A DNA stretch of 64,000 bases from Dehalococcoidia bacterium. GTDB lineage: Bacteria; Chloroflexota; Dehalococcoidia; Lucifugimonadales; Australimonadaceae. The DNA lies in assembly GCA_965248455.1 (NCBI GenBank), contig OZ252105.1:2269360-2333359 (forward strand), written 5' to 3'. A program made the position numbers and the translations under genes. Of the stretch, positions 52,681 through 61,842 are shown piece by piece (position 1 is the first letter of the stretch; each line of letters begins with the position of its first letter). The notes under the pieces are model-generated. The model was not told the DNA's origin, made no database searches, and saw nothing but the letters and a program-made list of their open reading frames with translations.

Positions 52681-54300
52681 ATGAACACCCGTCCTCACAT
52701 CGCCGCGTTCGCCGCCCGGAGTATATTCCTGGCATGCGCCCTGCTCTCGCTGCTGGCCATCCTGGCCCTGCCGGTCTTCGCCCAGACGGACGGGACTCTG
52801 GAGCCCCTCGAGGCTCTCAAAACGAGCGAGATCATTCCGTTTCAGGAGTCCCAGAACGGCTTCGCCGTGGCATGGATCGAGGTGCCCTACGCCGCGGAGT
52901 ACAAGCTGGAGGTGAAGAAAACGAGCGAAGGCGAGGAGGCATGGGTCCGGGTCACGAAGGGCGACTTCGGCCCGCTGCCCGGCGGCCTGTCCTCCTACTC
53001 GCTCACCGGCGTCGCCACCGGCCTCGAGTGCAACAAGGCATACGACGTCCGGCTGGGCATCCGCGGCGACGGCGAATCCTACTCCAACGTGTGGGTCTCT
53101 ACCACGAAACCGAACTTTGCTACGACCACGGAGTGCGCCAAGGGGAACAGGATCACGAACCTGCGGAGGACCGTAGAGCCGGGCGTCGTGACCCTGATCT
53201 GGACGGCGCCCACCGATGACAAATTCACGGGCATCAAGGTTGATCGCATCAGCCGGGTGGACGACGAGGCGCAGGGCGCGCAACCACCGGCACAAGACCC
53301 CTTGACCACCCTTTACGAGAGCAACAACGACTCCCGCACGAGGTACGAGGACCGCACTGTGGTGGAGGGCTACAAAAACGCCTACATCGTGACCCCCATC
53401 GAAAGGCTCGACCCGCCCATCCAGCACACGGACGGCACCACGGAGGAGTACAGGGCGGTCGACCTTGGCAGGGCCTTTACCGGCGAGGCTCTTCTCAGGC
53501 CAACGTCGACGCCGGTTTACCCTCGCAACGTGCGGTTCACCCAGGAATCTCGGAGTTCCCGGCGGCTGGCGTGGGAGACGCCGGCCGACCGCCACCTCAC
53601 CATCGAGAAGATCTACCGGGGAGAGACGTCAAGGCCGGTGAACGACCCGTGGCTCACCGGTTACCAGGTGGAACGCCGCGAGTACATCCTGCACGAGGCG
53701 GAACGCTCGGACGAGGTCACAACGGTCCTCCCGGAGTCCGTGGAAGAGAGGCTCCTGACCGCCACGATGACGGTAGCCGTGGCGGGATTCACTCGCGGAT
53801 TTGACGCGTCCTCGTTCCCCCACATGGGCGCACTCACTCAAACCACCGTCAGTCACCGTTCACGTCCAGGCGGTTACACAGTTGATGAGCTGTTTTACAA
53901 CACGGCAGGAACCCCAACCTTTGTGCAACTGCACCTGAGTCCCGCGCCGCCCGAGGACGCGTTCGAAGACTGGACGCTGAAGCTCACCAATATCTCGCTT
54001 CCGTTTTCCGATGCGACGCACTCCCTCACCAACACGGGCCGCTTATTTTCGTGGCAATACCCCGCGAGCTGGGGCGATGGGGTGGAGATCCTTGTCAAGA
54101 TCGAGGAGAGGCGGGTCCTGGACTGGGAAACGCTGCGCGAAGGGGACAGCAACACCACCACTACTTTCACCGACAACGCCGCCGCCGGGGACAAGCTCTA
54201 CGTGTACCGGGTGCGGGCGGTGAACGCGCTCGGCTCCTCCGGGGCAAACGACAACAGCAACTGGGCCTGGATGGACCTGCCCCCCATAGGCGGGTTGTAA
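52681..54300 (+). CDS. Secreted protein with fibronectin-type-III-like repeats, function unknown
   Basis: 539-aa ORF with a signal peptide (..LLAILALPVFAQT). Repeated beta-rich modules carry LIWTAPTDDKFTGIKVDR and YVYRVRAVNALG type Fn3 signatures. Confidence 0.6.
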   Translation: MNTRPHIAAFAARSIFLACALLSLLAILALPVFAQTDGTLEPLEALKTSEIIPFQESQNGFAVAWIEVPYAAEYKLEVKKTSEGEEAWVRVTKGDFGPLPGGLSSYSLTGVATGLECNKAYDVRLGIRGDGESYSNVWVSTTKPNFATTTECAKGNRITNLRRTVEPGVVTLIWTAPTDDKFTGIKVDRISRVDDEAQGAQPPAQDPLTTLYESNNDSRTRYEDRTVVEGYKNAYIVTPIERLDPPIQHTDGTTEEYRAVDLGRAFTGEALLRPTSTPVYPRNVRFTQESRSSRRLAWETPADRHLTIEKIYRGETSRPVNDPWLTGYQVERREYILHEAERSDEVTTVLPESVEERLLTATMTVAVAGFTRGFDASSFPHMGALTQTTVSHRSRPGGYTVDELFYNTAGTPTFVQLHLSPAPPEDAFEDWTLKLTNISLPFSDATHSLTNTGRLFSWQYPASWGDGVEILVKIEERRVLDWETLREGDSNTTTTFTDNAAAGDKLYVYRVRAVNALGSSGANDNSNWAWMDLPPIGGL

Positions 54301-54448
54301 CGGGCTGCCAGTCGCTGGGTGTTCAGCGATGCAGCACGGAAGAGCCCTGCCGGCCGCCCGGGCGGATAGGACCGGGCGGGTCGGAGGTCTCTAATACCTT
54401 GCGGACTGCCCCGGCAAACCTGAACCCGCTACATAAGGGAGGAACGTC

Positions 54449-55600
54449 TTGATCAAGTTGAGGATGAATAAGGTGGCATTGGCGGCGCTGGCCGTCTTCA
54501 TCTCCCTTCTCCTGGTCGCCTGCGGCGATGGAGACACAGGGTTGTCTCGCGCTGAGGTCGAGGAGATCGTGCGCGAGGAGATGGCCGACGCGCCTGCTCC
54601 GCCCGAACCCTCGCCCGGACTAACAGCCGACGACGTGGAGGAGGCCATCCGCCGGGCGAGGGCGGACCCGCCCCAGCCGGAAGCGGGTCTGTCCAAAGGC
54701 GAAGTCGAGCGGATAGTCGAAGCCGCTGTTGCCGCCATCCCCGAACAGCAGGCCGGACTCATCACCGCCGAGGAGGCGGAGTGCATCGCCCGCGGCGTGG
54801 TGGCCTCCATCCCGCCGAGGTCCGCTCCTGTCGAGTACACCAAGTTCTTCGTAGACAAAGCCATCAGCAGGTACGACACCCGGGGACTCGACGCCACCCT
54901 TGCCCATTACAACCGCCCGGAGAGCGTCGATGGCCAGTGGTATGCCTTCGTCATTGACGAGAACGATCTGGTCATCGGGCATCCCGACGCCCAACGCCTC
55001 GGGCTGGACCTGAAGGGCTGGGTGGGCACCGACGCCAACGGCTACAACTTCGGGCCGGACATGCTCTCGGCCACCGAGGAGGGCAAGTGGGTGTCCTACG
55101 TGTACGAGAACCCGGAGAACGGGGACTTCGGGGCCGGCTACACCGGCGAGCTTGAGCTGAAGAACGTCTGGGTAGTGCGCCACGACGGGCTGCTGTTCGC
55201 CTCCGGCTGGTATATCAACGCCGACGAATTCACCAAGTCGCTCGTGTTCGCCGCCGTCAACACTTTCCGCTTGGTGGGACTGGAAGGGACCATCGCGTAC
55301 TTCACCGGTTCCGAGAGCGTTTATTCGGGACTGGCGGCGACCATCGAGTACTACAACAGCGCCGAGAACGTTAAAGGGGACTGGTTCGCGTTCATAGCCA
55401 ACCCAAGCGGCACAATCGTGGACCACTACCACAAAGACATGGTGGGAACGGACATCAGCGACATCTTTGGCACAGACATGTTCGAGGTCACCGCAGAGGG
55501 CAACTGGGTGACCACGGAGGACGTGCGCGTCTGGGTGGTCGGCTACGACGGGATGACGTTCGGCTCCGGCTGGCATAGCGGTCACGACGAAGCCAACTGA
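54449..55600 (+). CDS. Lipoprotein with N-terminal helical repeats and two Cache-like (sCache_2-type) modules
   Basis: Lipobox SLLLVACGDG. Four repeats of the type LSRAEVEEIVREEMA. Two modules of the type YNRPESVDGQWYAFVIDENDLVIGHP...GKWVSYVYENP and YYNSAENVKGDWFAFIANPSGTIVDHY. Confidence 0.55.
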   Translation: MIKLRMNKVALAALAVFISLLLVACGDGDTGLSRAEVEEIVREEMADAPAPPEPSPGLTADDVEEAIRRARADPPQPEAGLSKGEVERIVEAAVAAIPEQQAGLITAEEAECIARGVVASIPPRSAPVEYTKFFVDKAISRYDTRGLDATLAHYNRPESVDGQWYAFVIDENDLVIGHPDAQRLGLDLKGWVGTDANGYNFGPDMLSATEEGKWVSYVYENPENGDFGAGYTGELELKNVWVVRHDGLLFASGWYINADEFTKSLVFAAVNTFRLVGLEGTIAYFTGSESVYSGLAATIEYYNSAENVKGDWFAFIANPSGTIVDHYHKDMVGTDISDIFGTDMFEVTAEGNWVTTEDVRVWVVGYDGMTFGSGWHSGHDEAN

Positions 55601-55638
55601 CGTGGCTCTGGCCGGCTCTTCCACCGCTGGAGTTCTCC

Positions 55639-55917
55639 ATGATCCGTCCAACAATCAGGCCACTCGCGCTCCTGGGCTTGCTCATATGCGCTGCCCTCTA
55701 CGCTCCGTTCGTTGGAGCGCAGGCGTCTACCGACGCCACACCCGAACCGACCGCGGCGGCTGCGGCGGGGCCAAGCGTTACTACGATAACACCGGTGCCG
55801 ATTGTCGAGGCACCTGCAGGGAGATGGCCCGACCCCCTGTGGTTGTGGTTGTTCCTGGTGCTCATGGGAATCGTGCTTGTGGCGGGCGGCTTGAAATGCC
55901 TGCATAGGCGGCGATAA
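55639..55917 (+). CDS. Small secreted protein with a C-terminal TM anchor and basic tail (sorting-signal-like)
   Basis: 92 aa: signal peptide, Pro/Ala/Thr-rich linker, then WPDP-LWLWLFLVLMGIVLVAGGL-KCLHRRR. Confidence 0.45.
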   Translation: MIRPTIRPLALLGLLICAALYAPFVGAQASTDATPEPTAAAAAGPSVTTITPVPIVEAPAGRWPDPLWLWLFLVLMGIVLVAGGLKCLHRRR

Positions 55918-55944
55918 TACCGATACCGGGCGGGTGGATAGCAC

Positions 55945-56253
55945 TTGGCTTTCCAGGCAACAAGACAAACCCGCATATGCGGATGGCAGGACGGAGAGGA
56001 CTACGGTCGGGACCGCAGGATTGAAGTCAAGCAAAAGGATCTCGCCCGCCTAACCACCATGTCCCGAACAGCCGTCGCAGACGGCTTTGCGGAGCTTCTC
56101 CAAGCGAATGCAATCCAGTTGGACGAGACCAACCGGGAGCGTTTCACTGGAGTCGTATCGGTCGCCGACGAGGATGAGTTGAAGGATGCGGCTTTCTCAG
56201 AGGTTCGCGATCGTACGATAGTAGGCTTTCTTGATGGTTCACCCCAAGACTGA
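55945..56253 (+). CDS. Hypothetical protein with a possible HTH segment
   Basis: 102-aa ORF in lower-GC DNA. QKDLARLTTMSRTAVADGFAELLQANAI looks HTH-like. Weak support. Confidence 0.3.
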   Translation: MAFQATRQTRICGWQDGEDYGRDRRIEVKQKDLARLTTMSRTAVADGFAELLQANAIQLDETNRERFTGVVSVADEDELKDAAFSEVRDRTIVGFLDGSPQD

Positions 56254-56345
56254 CCATCGCCCGCTATGACCAGCAGCCGAGGTAACCGCCTTAGGCCGCT
56301 TTGCTGGCGACTCAGAAGGCTCGGCGTTTGGTAAGTGCCCCTAGG

Positions 56346-57291
56346 TGTAGTTCCCAGGGACGTTGTTTACAGGCATGAGGCGGGAGTAGCCCCGCCGATG
56401 CCGCCGTGTGGACGCCGGTGATTGTAATACGCGAGGAACCCAGGCAGCGCGTCGAGCCGCTCGCGGTTGGAGTAGTACGGTCGCTGGTACGCCCACTCGG
56501 CCTGCATGATCTTGTTGAACGCCTCCGCCTTGCCGTTGGTCTGAGGCCGGAAAGGCCGCGTGCGCTTCAATCGCAGGTTCCTTGCCGCCGCCGTGTCGGT
56601 GAAGATGCGGCTCACGTAGCAGGCGCCGTTGTCGGTCAGGATGCGCTCGACGGCGATGCTCTGGCGCTCGAAGTGGGCAAGAGCCCGGACAAGGAAGGCG
56701 GCGGCAGTCGGGCCGCGTTCGTCCGGCAGGGCCTCGACGTAGGCATAGCGGGAGTGGTCATCCACGGCCACGTGGAGGAAGTCGAAACCGAGGCGGGGGC
56801 CGCGCTGAGGACCGCTGTGGGTCTCCGCGAAGCCGGGCAGGATGCGCTTGCCGCCACCCTGCGGGATGCGGCCGAGTTTCTTGATGTCGAGGTGAACCAG
56901 CGCGCCCGGGCGGGCATGCTCGTAGCGAACGATCTCCCGGGTGGTGCGATGGAGCCACGCGAGGCGGTGGAGTCCGGCGCGGCGCAGGACAGCGTAGACG
57001 GTGGAGGGGGCGATGCCCAACCTCCACCCGATGCGGTGTGACCCCCAGGCGAGCATGTGTCGTGCAGTGCAGATGGCCGCTTCCTGCAGCTGACCGGTTT
57101 GGCGGGGGCTGCGCAGGGGACGGCTGGAGCGGTCGTGGAGCGCGTCCGATCCGCCTTCGCGGAACCGCCGCACCCACTTGGCGACAGTCGCGCGGGAGAC
57201 GCGGAACAAGCGGGCTACTTCGGCCTGGGGCAGCCAGCCAACACCTGTTCGACCAATTCGGCTACGGGCCGCTCGCGGAGTGTTAGCGCCC
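56346..57291 (-). mobile_element. IS481-family copy, defective: internal 1-nt deletion, divergent/mosaic 5' part, left inverted repeat missing
   Basis: Near-identical to 40322-41225 from the terminal repeat (tgtagttcccagggacgttgtttaca at 56346) up to about 57225. It then reads ggctg-ccccag against ggctggccccaag (frameshift). Identity drops and ends at about 57291. No gggaactaca terminus was found. The 391-aa track ORF is a chimeric read-through. Confidence 0.8.
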
Positions 57292-57810
57292 ACTCCCGAA
57301 ATGGGCCGCATCGTGAAGGGCCTCGGTAAGCATGGCCTCAGCCAACACCAACTGCGACGACTTGCAAACCTGGAGCCTGCTCCCGTCGTCGAAGGTCCCG
57401 TTAACGATGACGGCATACCTGAACCTCCAGCCCGCCGCGAACTCACGCCGCGACAGCTCGCTCTCTGGAAGGCGGTGCAGCAGACCAAGGTCCATATACC
57501 CTGACATATTCGCTGGACAACGACATTGGTTTTGTGGTTCAAAACCTTTATCCCAGAAGCAAAGGAGCACCCTCTTCCTTCTTCAAAATACTGCCTACAC
57601 GCCCTCCTTCGGTGGATTCAGGCTTGAAATTGACCCACCCGGTTACCCGGGGGCATGCCGAGTGCCTCCTGGCTGCTTGACGCTTTTCCCTGGTTACAGT
57701 GGGACTATTAATTCAAAAGTTCGCAGCACAGTTGCCTTAGGCCTACCAACCCTATCGACGTATCCTGCACTCAACCCCGGTGCTCGAACCACCCTGCGAG
57801 AACGGTTCCG

Positions 57811-58827
57811 TCATACTCGTATGCAGGCGACAGAGTGTCCGGGACGCTTCTCTTCGAGCTGGGGCACCGTGGTGCGGCATTCGTCCACGGCCATGGGGCA
57901 CCGTGTATGGAATACGCAGCCTGTCGGGGGGTTCAGAGGACTGGGGATAGTCCCTTCAAGGATGATCCTCTCCCTGCTGCGTTCAGCCCTAGGGTTCGGG
58001 ATTGGCACTGCGGACATCAGTGCCTTTGAGTAGGGGTGCAGTGGCTCCTGGAAGATGCTGACGCGGTCCGCTATCTCCATGATCTTGCCCAGGTACATGA
58101 CCGCCACGCGGTCAGAGATGTGGCGAACCACTGAGAGGTCATGGGCGATGAAAAGATAGGTGAGCCCGAACTGCTTCTGCAGGTCTTCCAGCAGATTGAT
58201 GAGCTGCGCTTGTATGGAAACGTCCAGTGCTGAAACCGGCTCATCGGCGACGATAAAGTCTGGCTGCACGGCCAGTGCCCGGGCGACACCGATCCGCTGG
58301 CGCTGCCCCCCGCTGAACTCATGCGGATAGCGGTCTGCCATATTGGGATTCAGGCCTACGGTACGGAACAGGTCGGCTACCCGCGCCAGGTACTCCTCTT
58401 TCGTTTCGACCAGTTTATGCACCCGGAGCGGCTCGCCGACGATATTGCCGGTCTTGATCCGTGGGTTGAGCGAACTGTACGGGTCCTGGAAGACGACCTG
58501 GATGCGCCGACGCATCGCGCGCATGGCCCCGCTTTTGAGGGTTGCGAGATCGACACCGTCGAACATGATGCGGCCGCTCGTGGGTCGGTAAACCTGGAGT
58601 ATGACGCGGCCGATGGTGGTTTTGCCTGAACCGCTCTCGCCCACGAGCCCCAAGGTTTCTCCTCGCCGTATGGTGAAGCTCACGCCGTCCACGGCTTTGA
58701 CCTCTCCGACCTGGCGCTGCAGGATGACGCCTGACATCACCGGGAAGTGCATCTTGACGTCGCAGACTTCCAGCAAGTTGTCCTGGCTCGATGCCGGTGT
58801 GGTGGGGGCGGAGGAGGTTAGCGTCAT
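57811..58827 (-). CDS. Peptide/nickel-type ABC transporter ATP-binding protein (OppF/DppF-like)
   Basis: I chose ATG 58827 (ATGA overlap with the upstream gene). Walker [10 protein letters not shown], signature FSGGQRQR, and a C-terminal oligopeptide-transporter extension (GCVFHTRCP). Confidence 0.9.
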   Translation of the reverse strand: MTLTSSAPTTPASSQDNLLEVCDVKMHFPVMSGVILQRQVGEVKAVDGVSFTIRRGETLGLVGESGSGKTTIGRVILQVYRPTSGRIMFDGVDLATLKSGAMRAMRRRIQVVFQDPYSSLNPRIKTGNIVGEPLRVHKLVETKEEYLARVADLFRTVGLNPNMADRYPHEFSGGQRQRIGVARALAVQPDFIVADEPVSALDVSIQAQLINLLEDLQKQFGLTYLFIAHDLSVVRHISDRVAVMYLGKIMEIADRVSIFQEPLHPYSKALMSAVPIPNPRAERSRERIILEGTIPSPLNPPTGCVFHTRCPMAVDECRTTVPQLEEKRPGHSVACIRV

Positions 58828-59831
58828 GCTTTCGTCTGCACGAGTTCCAGGGGTCCGAACTCGTGTCCTTTCCAACACGCATACACGTGTTCGCTGCTGT
58901 CCTTGGACGAGAGGGGAGGAATCTCGGCGCGGCAGTGGTTGTCCGCATGGGGACAACGGGGAACGAAGGAACAGCCGGGAGGAAGCCGGTCCAGATCAGG
59001 TGGCATGCCCTCGATGGACGCTAGCTTGCCCTCGCGGTCCACATCCAACCGAGGCACGGAGCCCAGCAACCCGCGAGTGTACGGGTGCTTCGGCGTTTCG
59101 TATATCTCGTCCGCCGTTCCGCGCTCGATGATCTTGCCCGCGTACATAACGTTGACGCGGTCTGCGTAGCGGGCAACCACTCCCAGGTTGTGCGTGATGA
59201 TGATGACGGCCGTGCCCAGCTCGGTGCTCAGTTTCTTGATGAGTTCGAGTATCTGGGCCTGAATCGTCACGTCCAGTGCGGTGGTGGCTTCGTCGGCGAG
59301 CAGCAACTGTGGATTGCAACTCAGGGCGATTGCGATCATCACTCGCTGGCGCATCCCCCCGCTGAACTGGTGCGGGTAGTTGCTCAATCGGCTTTTTCCG
59401 TCCGGTATGCCAACCATCTCTAGGAGTTCTACACTCCGGCGAACAGCGGCTTCCGGTGAGTATCCCATGTGGATCTCAAGCGTCTCTGTGAGTTGCCGTC
59501 CGATCGTTAGAACAGGGTTCAAGGAGGTCATAGGCTCTTGGAAGATCATGGCTATCTTGTTGCCACGGATGCTTCGCATCTGACGCTCAGAGAGTTTCAG
59601 TAAATCATGGCCCTCAAAGATGACTTCTCCGCCGACTATCCTGCCGGGCGGGTTGGGGATGAGCCGGAGCAGCGACAGGGCGCTCACGCTCTTGCCGCAC
59701 CCGCTCTCACCGACGAGGCCCAGCGTCTCGCCCTCTTGGAGGTCGTAACTCACGCCGTCCACGGCCTTGACGATGCCGCCTTCGGAGTTGAACTCGGTGC
59801 GAAGGTCCCGCACCTCGAGTAACGTTCCCAA
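58824..59831 (-). CDS. Peptide/nickel-type ABC transporter ATP-binding protein (OppD/DppD-like)
   Basis: Walker [10 protein letters not shown], signature FSGGMRQR, C-terminal GCSFVPRCP motif. Confidence 0.9.
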   Translation of the reverse strand: MGTLLEVRDLRTEFNSEGGIVKAVDGVSYDLQEGETLGLVGESGCGKSVSALSLLRLIPNPPGRIVGGEVIFEGHDLLKLSERQMRSIRGNKIAMIFQEPMTSLNPVLTIGRQLTETLEIHMGYSPEAAVRRSVELLEMVGIPDGKSRLSNYPHQFSGGMRQRVMIAIALSCNPQLLLADEATTALDVTIQAQILELIKKLSTELGTAVIIITHNLGVVARYADRVNVMYAGKIIERGTADEIYETPKHPYTRGLLGSVPRLDVDREGKLASIEGMPPDLDRLPPGCSFVPRCPHADNHCRAEIPPLSSKDSSEHVYACWKGHEFGPLELVQTKA

Positions 59832-59876
59832 CAGTAACTCCCTTCCGAACCGTTCGTCCTACATGCCGACAGTCTG

Positions 59877-60818
59877 CTAAGAGTCGCCCCGGCGCAGGCG
59901 AGGATCGAGCACGTCGCGCAGAGCGTCGCCGAGCAGTGCGAACGCGAATACGCCCACCGATAGCGCGATGCCAGGGAATAGCACCATCCAAGGCGCCGCT
60001 TCCATGTAGCCACGCGCGCCCACGTTTAGCATGCCACCCCAACTCGGTGAGGGCGGCGGTATGCCGAGGCCGAGGAATGCCAGTCCGGCTTCAGCGACTA
60101 TCACACCACCAAGCGCGCCCGTCGCTAGAACGAATACCGGGCCAAGGGTGTTCGGCAGGATATGAACGAGCACCATCCGTGGCAGGTTCACGCCCACTGT
60201 CATGGCGGCCAGCACGTACATCTCCTCTTTGACGCTCAATGTGCTCGACCGCGACAGGCGGACCATTCGTGGAACGATGGCAACCGATAACGCGATGCCC
60301 ACGTTGAGCAGCGATGCGCCCAGCGCAACGACGAGCAGCATGGCCAGAATGATGAACGGGAATCCCATCAGCACGTCAACCAGTCGTTGCACCACAAGGT
60401 CAAGTTTGCCTCCCAGGTAACCCGAAAGGACCCCGATGATTAAGCCCACCGTCGTGCCCAACCCGATAGCGAAGAATCCCACTTGGAGAGAGATGCGCGC
60501 TCCGTAGACAACCCGGCTGAAGACATCGCGCCCCAGGTTGTCGGTGCCCATGAGATGGGAGGATGAGGGAGCCTCCAGCCGTTCTGCTGCGACCTGATCG
60601 CGGATCGGGTCGTGCGTTGCGATCATCGGCGCGAACAGCGCGGTGAGTGCGAGCAGGATGAGCACGACCGCGCTGACCGCGCCCGCCGGTTTCCTGCGCG
60701 CGAACCGTTTCAGGTTCTGCGCCAGCGTGCGCTTTGGCTTCGCCTCTTGTATCAGCTGATCGAGGGCCGTCTGGTCTCCCGTTGCCGCACCTTTTGCCAC
60801 TCTGTTCACACCTCGCAA
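59877..60818 (-). CDS. ABC transporter permease (OppC/DppC-like)
   Basis: 313-aa ORF with six hydrophobic segments and an EAA-loop-like region (SVKEEMYVLAAMTVGVNLPRMVLVHILPN). Confidence 0.85.
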   Translation of the reverse strand: MRGVNRVAKGAATGDQTALDQLIQEAKPKRTLAQNLKRFARRKPAGAVSAVVLILLALTALFAPMIATHDPIRDQVAAERLEAPSSSHLMGTDNLGRDVFSRVVYGARISLQVGFFAIGLGTTVGLIIGVLSGYLGGKLDLVVQRLVDVLMGFPFIILAMLLVVALGASLLNVGIALSVAIVPRMVRLSRSSTLSVKEEMYVLAAMTVGVNLPRMVLVHILPNTLGPVFVLATGALGGVIVAEAGLAFLGLGIPPPSPSWGGMLNVGARGYMEAAPWMVLFPGIALSVGVFAFALLGDALRDVLDPRLRRGDS

Positions 60819-60823
60819 ACCAG

Positions 60824-61792
60824 CTACGAATATCGCACTCGTGGGTCCACGTAGGAATACGCAATGTCAACCACGAGGTTCAGGCCAAGCATGAAGAACA
60901 CAAGCATCATCGCCAGGCTCTGTACGACAGGGAAGTCCCTGCCCACCGCCGCTTCGACGATAGCCTGACCGAGGCCGGGGATGCCAAACAGGTTTTCGAG
61001 GATCACGGTGCCCCCGAGCAGCGTACTCACCTCGAGGCCGCCCAGCGTGATGACCGGGATAAGCGCGTTCGGCAGACTGTGGCGGCGTACCACCAGCTGC
61101 TGGCTGAGTCCTTTTGCCTTTGCAGTCCGCACGTAGTCCTGGGCCAGCACTTCCAGCATGCCTGAACGCGTGATCCGTGTGACGTATGCGCTGAAGCGCC
61201 AAGCGAGGATCAACGCGGGCCAGATCATGATCTGGAGGTGGTGGAAGGGGTCTACCCAGATGTTGGAGTAGCCCAATGGGGGCGACCAGCCGATCTGCGT
61301 CACCATGAAGAGCAGCAACAGGAGCGCTATCCAGAAGTTGGGCATCGATTGGCCGAGGATCGCCCCCATGCGGAGGACATAGTCCGGCCACTTGTCTTGG
61401 TACAGGGCTGAGAATATCCCGATCGGAACCGCGACGACGATGGAAAGCAGCACCGTGTAGACGGTCAACTGAAGCGTTATCGGCAGGCGCCGGGCGATGA
61501 TTGACGAGAGCGGTTCTGTGGAGCGGATGGACTCCCCGCCGAACTCCCCGTTCACCATGGACCAAGCCCATTTGGCGTACTGGATGGGGAGGGGGTCATT
61601 CAACCCGAGTTCATCACGGAGCTCTCTGATCTGCGTCTCGGTGTACCCGCCACCGCTCTCGGCGGCTTCCTGCCCCAGGATGGCAAGCGCTACATCCCCG
61701 GGCAGGACTCTGAGTATCCCGAAGATAAGGATACTTGCGAGCAGGAGCGTCGGGATGAACAGCAGTACTCGCCGTGCTATGTACTTCTGCAT
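60824..61792 (-). CDS. ABC transporter permease (OppB/DppB-like)
   Basis: 322-aa ORF starting MQKYIARRVLLFIPTLLLASILIFGILRVLPGD (the OppB family hallmark), with an EAA loop (YVRTAKAKGLSQQLVVRRHSLPNAL). Confidence 0.9.
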   Translation of the reverse strand: MQKYIARRVLLFIPTLLLASILIFGILRVLPGDVALAILGQEAAESGGGYTETQIRELRDELGLNDPLPIQYAKWAWSMVNGEFGGESIRSTEPLSSIIARRLPITLQLTVYTVLLSIVVAVPIGIFSALYQDKWPDYVLRMGAILGQSMPNFWIALLLLLFMVTQIGWSPPLGYSNIWVDPFHHLQIMIWPALILAWRFSAYVTRITRSGMLEVLAQDYVRTAKAKGLSQQLVVRRHSLPNALIPVITLGGLEVSTLLGGTVILENLFGIPGLGQAIVEAAVGRDFPVVQSLAMMLVFFMLGLNLVVDIAYSYVDPRVRYS

Positions 61793-61842
61793 CCCGCGCC
61801 CCTCAGGCTCGCTTTACCATGTGGCTCTTCACCCGTTTGTCC

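Noticed and set aside
56367-57542. The 391-aa ORF as an N-terminally extended, intact IS481 transposase.
   Set aside because: Comparison with the intact copy shows a 1-nt deletion near 57235. The first 110 residues or so are an out-of-frame read-through of unrelated flanking DNA, with no HTH start and an Arg/Ser/Cys-rich composition.
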